Below, piece after piece: positions 37,601 through 45,707 of a stretch of DNA of 64,000 bases. The DNA comes from Nemertoderma westbladi. Taxonomy: Eukaryota > Animalia > Xenacoelomorpha. Position 1 is the stretch's first letter. Every line of letters starts with the position of its first letter. The notes under the pieces were generated by a model. That model made no database searches. It saw only the letters and a program-made list of their open reading frames with translations, and was not told the DNA's origin. Where the stretch lies: positions 1-64,000 of the forward strand of contig JAUCBJ010008544.1 in the NCBI GenBank assembly GCA_032718475.1, given 5' to 3'. Made by a program: the position numbers and the translations under genes.

Positions 37601-40400
37601 AAGGGCTAGAACAATGCCATTGAAGTATATGACTGTACCTCGTGGGGAGCTGCAAGCCGGGACGATATCCACCGATATTGTCAGTCTAGTTCAACGCGAG
37701 CTGGAGGCTAACTTGAAGGTCACATATTGGACGGATGCGACGTTGGTACTTTGGTACATAAACAACGAAACATTCGAGTTCAAGACTTTCGTAGCCAACA
37801 GACGGGCTGAAATACTAGACCGGTCGCTCAATCAAGATTGGCGTCACTGTCCAGGGAAGCTGAACCCAGCTGACATCGCGTCACGGGGAATGCAACCACT
37901 TGACTTTTGTAAACCGGACAATAAATCCTTTTGGTTTAGAGGACCCGATTTCCTACAGCGACCATCAGACGAATGGCCACCGTTATTCGACGCGACAACC
38001 AACACCATACCAGAGGGTGCCGAGATAAAACTCGACAAGGTTGTCAAGTCTAAAGCGAAAGCCAACGCCAAGGTCAAAAGGAAAAAAGGACGGACGAAAT
38101 CTGATGACCTGGACGCCAGACCTGACATTACGCCAGACGTCTCGCCAGACACTCGACCAGACGCTTGTACGAATCCTTCGCCGGATGTTCCGCGGGAGAT
38201 TTCACCAGACGTTTCGCCGGATTGTTCACCAGATTACTCGCCAGACTATTCACCAGAAGAGACACCAGATTGTTCTCCGGATTGTTCGCCAGATTGTTTG
38301 ATGGAACTCTCGACAGAATGTCTACCGGACGTCTCACCAGACTGTTCACCAGACATCTCGACAGACTGTCCACCAGACTGTCTACCAGACTTTGAACCAG
38401 ACTTTCTGACAGAAGTTACGCTAGACAGACTTTGGGACCGACGACAGGACATTTCGCCGGATGTTCCGCGCTATGTCTCACCAGACGTCTCACCAGACTG
38501 TTCACCAGACGCTTCACCAGACTGTCTACTAGACACTCCATTAGAAGACCCATTGGAGCGGACATTTAGAGACGTACCAAATTCGACTTCTTTGGACGAC
38601 AGAGATGTGGCCACAGGGATTACACTCCGCTCGAAGAAGGTACTTGACTTACCTACAGGTAAACGTGTGACTAAGGTTAGGAAGCTTACAGGCTCACAGG
38701 AACACACTGACGCTGTAGAGTTGAAACCATTACTGCCAGTCGACACATTAGGTGCGGACGGTAAAGGTAAGACCGTAGAGATTGACGTACTTGGGGACTC
38801 AGACAAACCTACCGGAAGGCCCGTGGGCCTACCAAGTCCAGACAAGTATCCACACTACGACTACACCTTACCCGATGACGTCACTAACACTTACGTTGAC
38901 AGGATAGTGAACCTAACTAGATCATGGACTGACGCGTGCCGCAAGTTAGCATGGCTCAAACGATTGAGACAATATGCCAGAGGCAAACGCGACTTTCCTA
39001 GAAGACTTACCTTAAAGGAAATTGGCCACTGTGAAGTTGATATCATTCGACATTATCAATTGCGATATTTCGCACGAGAGTTCACAGCGATCAAACAAGG
39101 TAAACAGATTAAGTCTTCACCGATTTTGAGTTGGAGTCCGATTATTTACCGGGGCTTACTTTGTCACAAGTCCAGACTCCAAAACATCGACTTTGCACTT
39201 GACTTTAGGTATCCTATCATCATACCGCAACACCATGAGTTACAGCGCGCTATGATACTGGACGCACATGTACAACTCAAACACGTAGGTAGACACCACT
39301 GTCTATCACACTTACGCTCGAGGTTTGTACTGATTAGACCTAGTAAGGCACTGAGTTCAGTAACACGGAACTGTATTATTTGTAAGAAGGTGCACGCGAG
39401 GATAGGACACCAAGAAATGAGTGAACTACCACTAGCAAGATTACAGGCGTTTAGACCCCCTTTCACTGAGACAGGGATAGACTGTTTTGGACCCATAATC
39501 GCGAAACGCGGAAGGGTACAGGTAAAACGTTGGGGATTGATCTTCACTTGCATGGCCAGCAGAGCTGTCCATATAGAGCGAGTGACAGACTTGTCCACCA
39601 ATGCCTTTATCCTAGCCTTACGGCGATTTATCGCTAGACGTGGATTGGTCAAATCCATATACTGCGACCAAGGGACAAACTTTGTGGGTGCACGGAACGA
39701 GATAACCAGAGCTTTGAGAAAATTGGACCAAAACCAGATTTCCGAGGAACTACGTCCTCACCGTATTGTTTGGTTTTTCAATACTCCAGACAGTCCGTGG
39801 AGAGGCGGCGTTTGGGAAAGGCTGATTGGCTCAATAAAGACAGCTATGGCTAAAGTCGTACCGACGCAACACATCTTGACAGACGACCAACTGACGACGT
39901 TACTAATAGAAATCGAAGCAATCTTAAATACCAGACCGATCGCTTTGATCCCAGACAATAACGACGTACAGTTTGCCTTGACACCAGCGCACCTGCTTAT
40001 GCAGGCGCCGACGACACTGTTGCCCATTTCGGTACCCGTTGATAGTGACGGATACGGCAACAAGGCTTGGAAAATCACTCAATTGCTTGCAAATAAATTC
40101 TGGGAAATATGGCAGAAATATTATTTGCCCTCTATTTCGACCAGAACCTCTTGGTATCTAAATACCCGATGTTTAAGACGTGGTGACCATGTTTTATTGG
40201 CTGAAGCTAATCTGAAAAGACGGTTTTGGCTGACTGGAGTCATTTTGACCACGCACCCTACATCTGGTGTAGTGAGGACAGTTACTGTACGGACTATCGA
40301 CGGTCGTACCGTAGACAGACCTGTACAACGTCTCGTACTCCTTGAGGAGACTAGAAACGAGACGGGAGACTACAAATCTCCACCCAATATTAGTAAATAG
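31635..40400 (+). CDS. gag-pol: BEL/Pao Gag-Pol polyprotein (coiled-coil Gag, triple zinc knuckle, aspartic protease, RT, RNase H, integrase), 2921 aa
   Basis: PPKFSGN, CSYC...H...C / CWRCMKPGHVRKDC / CSLCGRNH, AILDSAS, YYLPHH...KVRVVND, FTCDVEAMFHQV, FYVDDG, FSDASKDG, YWTDA, NPADIASRG, GIDCFGP, YCDQGTNFVG, GGVWERLI; uninterrupted. Confidence 0.97.
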   Translation: MSDIPHSTRYPPTDYDSCDPDRSTVDEPRRRTRDSTDVTPLASPVPRTEIPETATRGDGRIEDFLTVPQTRSREPDMVSSTGSQENVIRSIGGHMAQITRNLGEGFRVLRELTAPMSRYEFYTLQVRIESRVHASVDKLKGLHELAELRGDNFTQVKIVDKLVSARESLIQFKSVIRLAQQEQFDQLLGESVSDALLQPEEEEELYCLDGRLETLTNFLRRCGVPIDEPEVEPRGTTEVLTTEGSRAYQHPPLDRSFVSVRSDVGNVGDVSRTASGITRQQQEVARRQQVAEEEARHQMAQIAIEGEKQHREDEARIAQLKAQAEFEASEMRRLEEDLAREAAAAADELARKKAASDARAKLEARQINARLAIQEAELAAQQQVADRREREMQLQFELNRRSRETANAQADLELDARDRSIRSRTGHDLSALDRMEARYRGIQKRIEEGSVGAIDRGEEFVEDYCKRFPQVIPMLKPTTPIKPVFVTKPKEITPVRSTQGNRFVVTELPQPRATSSPILAGNITSPPTVSRSLLVGREEPAFMTIKQVSKPLQVKPVTCCANPVIYKPTVDLNPDVFTRPLTQCLTRPTTSWKACEPAEQRRAVDLRSQRTRPRIIRRTRTRQPPYPDDSDSSSDLESTEREIFRTGAAAAADYKREERSTNPYIDNPPRETPQQKPTLQPAETISAKQFTEMTDRIAQLEERLEAQPSDRSRTSVELEQPRQHRPPRREQETRRTPTHREDDPVNNSYRRTTRGRERLDDAAEQGRGQLDLVSEIAKFAARHGLPAQQPPKFSGNAKHWRTLVDYVESQIAKCAFTSTEKFNYLLQVLSGEPKRLAETFIGVPDAFELAYDRLYSIYGGNVAMAKSIIEDLCRGGNISRPIDLLRLADEIKNAIGTLRSIGQLEYANAPTVLIRIIGRLHHRLRREWRRIEYQREEAGGLLKLTDVYQLISREAVIETRSNYTDHHIAAEGITVSAPNRTKPFPTNAKAVTYATPTETSKVLTPIGTTQPRQQLPADFVGCSYCERNGRNHSGHKLRGCRAFKELGIEERRLQIRSLDSCWRCMKPGHVRKDCPSDDTCSLCGRNHDALLHTTSHTPTRRFRREHPDKAARCDALYKERAPREIRTFYTDCMDQSGSSDEDEEEDDTFYVHAGEEQPSITLLTQNQLKGFSVIPIKITGTRGSKRIYAILDSASSHSYVDEQVADVVTDLSQGKTAQYTVSSMHGKRAIPVTRVKLTLDTLLSKAEHSKEERSLLPVRNLTFAATKDFSNLLGPVPEQSPEDRKYFRHLGIPECPVNYRSIAMLIGTDQFNLHQVWETRPSVITAGNPYACRTPIGWYTRAPIRSLEVSDQEDDVLSTCSLLTNTIDNSPSHSCGPIVRTALRQTCVTNADATDTDVTDLDTTIRTSDLQLLAVDQVVLTTEDLRVVAVDDSMNEDFGRLASLPKNPKVIDPTHQASTPVVDLGRLASLPIDQEVVKPPHDNSTPTSDTGRLASLPDTLTLATAADEDVDEDHGAVQAAFDRLLTERTIQWLEQDSAEPGSYETAMSEQEKRSLNIMRDTIRQTANGHYEVGMLWRDGQPKLVNNYPLALRRLKSIRQRLLRDETAHMQYNAQLQTYLQKGYAIRMLNPEVTTDQTYYLPHHFVRHPDKPGKVRVVNDCAALYQGMSMNSELMDGPNMNNYLMGVLMRFRQRKVAFTCDVEAMFHQVKALERDRDSLRFLWYPDGNLQLPPETYQMQVRVFGARDSPNCTMYALKQTALDRRDQFDPEVVRTVERDFYVDDGLKSCDTLERATTVAHQLQDCLAEGGFHLTKFASNEPELVNSFDPTDRSGGDLDLDLEPLPTTKVLGLSWDPNTDNFRVRVRSNDQTRPLTKRTCLSTMSRLYDPLCFISPVILHARIILRSIWQAGLEWDDPIPEKLAERWRDWEAQLTFLQDYTIPRVYFPLQTTFPADLELHSFSDASKDGLGVTLYLRRQVTSDSYDVSLVTSRARTMPLKYMTVPRGELQAGTISTDIVSLVQRELEANLKVTYWTDATLVLWYINNETFEFKTFVANRRAEILDRSLNQDWRHCPGKLNPADIASRGMQPLDFCKPDNKSFWFRGPDFLQRPSDEWPPLFDATTNTIPEGAEIKLDKVVKSKAKANAKVKRKKGRTKSDDLDARPDITPDVSPDTRPDACTNPSPDVPREISPDVSPDCSPDYSPDYSPEETPDCSPDCSPDCLMELSTECLPDVSPDCSPDISTDCPPDCLPDFEPDFLTEVTLDRLWDRRQDISPDVPRYVSPDVSPDCSPDASPDCLLDTPLEDPLERTFRDVPNSTSLDDRDVATGITLRSKKVLDLPTGKRVTKVRKLTGSQEHTDAVELKPLLPVDTLGADGKGKTVEIDVLGDSDKPTGRPVGLPSPDKYPHYDYTLPDDVTNTYVDRIVNLTRSWTDACRKLAWLKRLRQYARGKRDFPRRLTLKEIGHCEVDIIRHYQLRYFAREFTAIKQGKQIKSSPILSWSPIIYRGLLCHKSRLQNIDFALDFRYPIIIPQHHELQRAMILDAHVQLKHVGRHHCLSHLRSRFVLIRPSKALSSVTRNCIICKKVHARIGHQEMSELPLARLQAFRPPFTETGIDCFGPIIAKRGRVQVKRWGLIFTCMASRAVHIERVTDLSTNAFILALRRFIARRGLVKSIYCDQGTNFVGARNEITRALRKLDQNQISEELRPHRIVWFFNTPDSPWRGGVWERLIGSIKTAMAKVVPTQHILTDDQLTTLLIEIEAILNTRPIALIPDNNDVQFALTPAHLLMQAPTTLLPISVPVDSDGYGNKAWKITQLLANKFWEIWQKYYLPSISTRTSWYLNTRCLRRGDHVLLAEANLKRRFWLTGVILTTHPTSGVVRTVTVRTIDGRTVDRPVQRLVLLEETRNETGDYKSPPNISK

Positions 40401-41136
40401 ATGTGGGACCTTTGTTGGCCGCCACATAGACCTACTGTATTTTAGTTATTTGTATTTGTATTACTGTACGTGCATTTGTAATCCTCTTCACTGTAGATAG
40501 AGACAGCGGTGGAATTCCATTGTCTTTATACGTGAACATGGAGGGTAGTACCCTTATGTATCACATAGGAGCGGGATTGTGTGTACAGTAGGAATGGAAT
40601 TCCACTTGGAACCCACAAGTGAGACAATTTTCAAAAATTATTAGACAAATCCATTTAGTTGGATTTAAATTTAAGAAAAACGATTCTCCAGTGAAAGCAA
40701 ATTCTAGAATACAGCTAGATAAAATTAAAATTGGGGAGGACAAGAGCGGATGGAAGGCTTGCGAGCCTACCGATAAATTTTTTTTGGAAAAAGAAAATCG
40801 GTCTTGTTCTACGTAGTCGTGTCTACTATTATTTAGACCGAATTAATTCTCGACTGCACTATTTTTCTTGGGAAATGTAGCTTGGGAAATTAAAAGGTGA
40901 GTATTTTAGACTCGCGGCTAGTTTACCCGGAATTCGTTTTTTATCGGCACAATTTTTTGGATTAGGGGCCAGTGCGAAATCACGCGAACCCGAAGTCATT
41001 AGGCAAAATGGGTTGGGGTTTAGAGCAGAGTTGAGCCAAAAGCCAACAAACTCTGGAGTCACCTCACATCTAACCTCTATTTTGTGCTTCATCTAGTAGA
41101 AACGTAACGATATGTAACCGCATATATTCGTATACA

Positions 41137-43896
41137 ATGGTGGAGAAGATGTATAAAGAGTTACGTCAAGGGTTTACGCAAGAACAGGAGCACCAGGCAC
41201 CATTCAATCGTTATGGAGCTAAAAACTTTAGTGTGTTTGGAGTGGAGAGTATGGCTAGGAGTACGGCCAAGCTCGCTAAATCCAAGGCGGACCCGAATGT
41301 TACGCGACAGCGGTTGGACGCATACAACAAAAGAACGGAGGAATTACGCGCGGAATACAATGCGTTATATCCCTACGATGCGTTATGCGACGCTAGCGAC
41401 ATTTGCGAGGATCCAGACACCGAAATACGCCGATTGTATCATACGCTGCAATATTTGACGGTAAACGAACCTTTACCTGCAGCTAGAGACGAATTTGAAG
41501 GAATGCATCTTTATAGACGCGCTCGAGGAGCGGATCCAGAGACCAAGGACGCGTTTTCCGTATACAAACTGTTTTATAAATGTGGAGCGTGTATGCGCGA
41601 GCAAGACAACGCGATTCCTATGCGGTTGAACTCGGAGAACCCCGAGCCGATATTAGCGCGATGTTCACACCACCAAAGTCTACGTTACCAAGAAGGCGGA
41701 TACCCTTTGACAAATCCGTATCATTCATTTAAGATGAGTGGACCGAACGCGGGTGAGATCGTTATTTACGAACCTAAATTAGTCGAACCAGACGTCTACA
41801 GCATGGTAGTGGACGAGTCTAACAAGTCGACACAAGAGAAACGGGAAGCTTTGAGCCTCTACAGGGCGTACAAGGCGTACGAGAAAGGCGAGATCGAGGA
41901 GTTCGGCGGAAGGCTCAAAGGATACTTTAGAGAGTATAACACGCTAAAAACTGGGACGGGTTATATCTCATATCTGATGTTCAGTTGGGATTACAAGGAG
42001 AGTAAGAGGAACAAATACACGGACGTATACGGAGAGGGAGATACCCCCGGCGTAAACGAGTTCGAGTCACAGTTGAAGTGGCGAGGTTGCGTGTATTGGG
42101 CGATTACTTCACCTCCGCGGATAATCTTGCAATACTATTTAGCGATAGAATCTTCGGTTAACGTTTGTTTCATCGCGGACGTAGTATCCAGAACCTTAAA
42201 GCGACACCCGTTATGTCTTGGCGAAGGACATACCTTTTACGATGGAGGAAGGACGCATACTGATGTATTCCGACGATTTCTCCAACCCTTTTATAACACC
42301 GATGCGCACTGCGAAGTTTTCACGCGAGCGGGACTTAGCGTTTTCAGGGACGTCTATCTCACTCACGCGGGAAGTCTAGTCGACAGACCGTCGATGTTAA
42401 CGTTAGTACCCTATGACGGGGAACGCCACGCGGAATTCGAACGCCCGGAAGGATCCTGGAAGGCTCGCGAGCCTACCGCCCATCATGACGATGTGGATCC
42501 GACCGAGTTGGCGCTAATAGACGAACCGTTACGGCAACTCATAGAAATAGAAGAGAACCTTCCAAGGAAGACGCGAACTGAGATACGCGAGTTAGAGAAA
42601 AGCGATGCCATGGTTTGTGTACAACCTACGGAGACGAACATACCGACTGACCCGGATGATGAGAATTATCACGTGGACGGTAGCGCTCGCCCCATCGGAG
42701 ACCTCATCTATGAGCGAGTTTGGTATCCTGCCAACACTATTTGTGGCAGATGTGGAGCAACTGGCCATCACGCAAAGAAGTGCGGAGCGAAGCACATATC
42801 TCTACCGGATTTAGTATGCAACTGGTGCGGGGATCAACGTTCGCACACTTTCTACACTTGCTGGCGTTTCGTGGCGCAGTGTACTTATTGTAATATTAAG
42901 GGCCATAGGGCATCTGAATGTCAACTTAGAGACGTCCCCTATGAGCACATGTCAGTTAAAATCGTTCGACAATTATTCGACCATTGGGAGGATCTAGCAG
43001 ACGAGCATGTATCGACGCAGCGACGCCGCTTCCCTATGAGAGCACATTTGGGATTTTGGGCCGTAAACCCTCTCATAATGTCAAAGGAAGGATATGTATC
43101 GGCTATGCCTCAGTACGATGAATTGTTGGAGGTATTGGATATATTGCCGTTGGACAGTGGATTCAAAGTTGTGCGGGACTATTTCTTACAAGTGCACCCG
43201 GACAACAAGAATACTTGGAACTTTCAAACTGTGGTGAACAAGATTACCGCCGGAGAATTCGATAAACTGCGAGTTGAACAGCGGAATCGAGGAGCCTGGC
43301 ATTCGATAGCTTGGGCATACCGGAGCGCATTTTATCACAAACGCGTAACCTCGTGCATTCTGGACGAGACCGACGTTTTGCGTGAGACTGGCTTCAAGGC
43401 CACGCCGTTAGCGGAGAAGACGCGTCACCCACAGGATGATCAGCAATTTCGTATACTCAAAGCCCAGAAGGCCGGACAAGAGATTAAGAAGATAGTGAAT
43501 GTCGCCGAGAGGACGACATCGAAGTCGCAAATCCGGATGACTCGGGGCACGGTTTCCCTTGCTAGAGAACCACGCGGAGGGACAGGATACGCTTTGACTG
43601 AACCCATTAGGATTCAAACGACGTCAGAGAGCGAGGTGTCAACGGACGGAACAGTCCTACCCTTTCGACTTCCTCCTAGCGTTGTAGAAACTCGATCCGA
43701 TGTTAAGTCGACAGTTGGAATCGGACGAGGATTTAGAGGATTGAGCGCACGACGGATGTGCGAAACTCCCGTCGTCCCCTTTCCTAGCGTTTTGGAACCA
43801 CCGACGACTCGACGCCGAAGTCCGAGCCCAGTTCGACCTCGACCACCCCCCAATCGCACTAGAGGACGTGGACGAGCCCGCTCAGCGAAGGAATAG
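41137..43896 (+). CDS. Accessory ORF2 of element B, 919 aa, three CCHC zinc knuckles and an Arg/Ser/Pro/Gly-rich C-terminus; function unknown
   Basis: Long uninterrupted ORF between pol and the 3' LTR; CGRCGATGHHAKKC, CNWCGDQRSHTFYTC, CTYCNIKGHRASEC; good start context (acaATGg); upstream acceptor ctaac...ctctattttgtgcttcatctag (41070-41096). Confidence 0.85.
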   Translation: MVEKMYKELRQGFTQEQEHQAPFNRYGAKNFSVFGVESMARSTAKLAKSKADPNVTRQRLDAYNKRTEELRAEYNALYPYDALCDASDICEDPDTEIRRLYHTLQYLTVNEPLPAARDEFEGMHLYRRARGADPETKDAFSVYKLFYKCGACMREQDNAIPMRLNSENPEPILARCSHHQSLRYQEGGYPLTNPYHSFKMSGPNAGEIVIYEPKLVEPDVYSMVVDESNKSTQEKREALSLYRAYKAYEKGEIEEFGGRLKGYFREYNTLKTGTGYISYLMFSWDYKESKRNKYTDVYGEGDTPGVNEFESQLKWRGCVYWAITSPPRIILQYYLAIESSVNVCFIADVVSRTLKRHPLCLGEGHTFYDGGRTHTDVFRRFLQPFYNTDAHCEVFTRAGLSVFRDVYLTHAGSLVDRPSMLTLVPYDGERHAEFERPEGSWKAREPTAHHDDVDPTELALIDEPLRQLIEIEENLPRKTRTEIRELEKSDAMVCVQPTETNIPTDPDDENYHVDGSARPIGDLIYERVWYPANTICGRCGATGHHAKKCGAKHISLPDLVCNWCGDQRSHTFYTCWRFVAQCTYCNIKGHRASECQLRDVPYEHMSVKIVRQLFDHWEDLADEHVSTQRRRFPMRAHLGFWAVNPLIMSKEGYVSAMPQYDELLEVLDILPLDSGFKVVRDYFLQVHPDNKNTWNFQTVVNKITAGEFDKLRVEQRNRGAWHSIAWAYRSAFYHKRVTSCILDETDVLRETGFKATPLAEKTRHPQDDQQFRILKAQKAGQEIKKIVNVAERTTSKSQIRMTRGTVSLAREPRGGTGYALTEPIRIQTTSESEVSTDGTVLPFRLPPSVVETRSDVKSTVGIGRGFRGLSARRMCETPVVPFPSVLEPPTTRRRSPSPVRPRPPPNRTRGRGRARSAKE

Positions 43897-45707
43897 GAAG
43901 CGAGTGGAAGGAAGGCTTGCGAGCCTACCGATTTGGATATTATATTTGGATATTATATTTGGATATTATATTTGGATATTTTATTTGGATATTTATATTG
44001 GACATACCTAAAGAGGTGAGGTCTCTATAGGGGTGTGTCCAACAGGCGGCGGCGGACTCGTGAGGGTCTGGGGGCACGTTAAATCAATATATAGTGCTAG
44101 GGAGTCACTGAAGGCCCTCGTGTCTAGCGAACCATGAATCGACATGGTGCCGTGGTTCCGTCTAGTCGGCCTGTTGCCGTACTGCCAGTCCTGTACACAG
44201 TAGGGGTGGTGGCATGGCGTGATTTGTGGTTCATGTGGCGTGAACTATGTTTTGTATGTGGGCGATCAGTGGCAGTTTGCTTGGGGCTTGGATGGGTTCC
44301 TTTGGCCATCAGCTGTTCCGTTTTTTTGATACTATATGTTATTGTCTCCATGTTCAGCTGATTGGTCTTTGGGATTTGTTCGGGTCTTTGAGCTTTCTGT
44401 TGCTGTGGGTACGTGAGTACATGTGATTGTATGTGTGGCCACTGCGAGTGAGTATGGGAACCCTTGCCAGTTGGTCCAGATGCCGCTGGTATTAGTAGGA
44501 CCATATCTCTACTGCGCCTCAGCATACTTTGTGCACACAAAGTTATTTTGCCCTGTCGGCAAAATAAGGTACTCTCGATTAGCCTGTTAGTCGATACAAT
44601 TTGTCCCCTCTGATTTGACCCCGATTTTGTCTTTACCGATTTTGTCTCTGTGTGTGCATGGTATGTGTTCGATTTGTGCTTACCGTTGTGTACTTGATTT
44701 CGTGAACATCTGTTGAGTACACGTGTACAGTGACTGGTAAGTGGTTACTTGTTCAGTAGCTTTTGAGCTACAGACAGTATTGTCTTTTCAATACTGCCGG
44801 CGAGGCAGGTGAAAACGTGTCAAAATTCCATGTTGGGTAGCGCAAGCCCATGTGGGACAAGACCGTCGGTTAGGCCCAAGGGCGACCTTGGTGCTCGATC
44901 GCTATCGACTGGTCCACCTGCCGGTTGACTCTTTGTTATACTTTGAGTTGGCTCAATGTACAGTCAGGCCACAGTAAGTTGACAGTAGCCGCCCATCTGG
45001 CTACACGTTCGACGAGCTGTGCCGGTGTGATCGGGGGACCGAAAACAGAACCCGGGAAGCATCGGACCACCCTCCGGCCCAGTCTGATAATAACAAGCAG
45101 TCAGACTGGCCCCAGGGGTGGTGGAAAGGTGTCCGCCTTGTGGGTGCGCCTCCGGGAGGAGCCCAGAAGGACACAAGCGTATGTTTGAATGTTGGGTTTG
45201 GAGGAGCGAGATATGGAAGGAAGGCTTGCGAGCCTACCGTTAGCAATTAGTGCTCAGGAGAAGATATCCAGACCAGCAGGACGAACTTTTTAGATCGTCA
45301 GGAGGACTCATTTGAAAGTTATTAGCGCATTATGTTTATATTATATTTGGACAGATTTAATTTGGTGAAGGTTTATTATGTATATTTACAATATATAAAG
45401 ATTTATCGAAAGAGTTTGATTTATTTGTTCGATTTGTTTTGATTTATTTGTTCTGATTTGTTTAATTTGTTTACCTTGATAACCGAAAGCCTTTTTTTGT
45501 ATTTTAGGCACTAAAGTTAATTCGTAAATTTGTATTTGTATGTACGATCGATTGTATTTACGCCGTATCTGCAATATTAAGTATGCAATAATTAGATAGT
45601 GATTATATTTTATATTTTAGGCCCTACCAGTAAATTTAGAAATAGTTTGTAGATATTTTATATTTTGATTGGTGAAAACAGTCTTACTTACTGTTTTCAT
45701 GGAGCGG

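Noticed and set aside
41137-43896. ORF2 as an env glycoprotein
   Set aside because: No evident signal peptide or C-terminal transmembrane segment; it has zinc knuckles and a basic tail.
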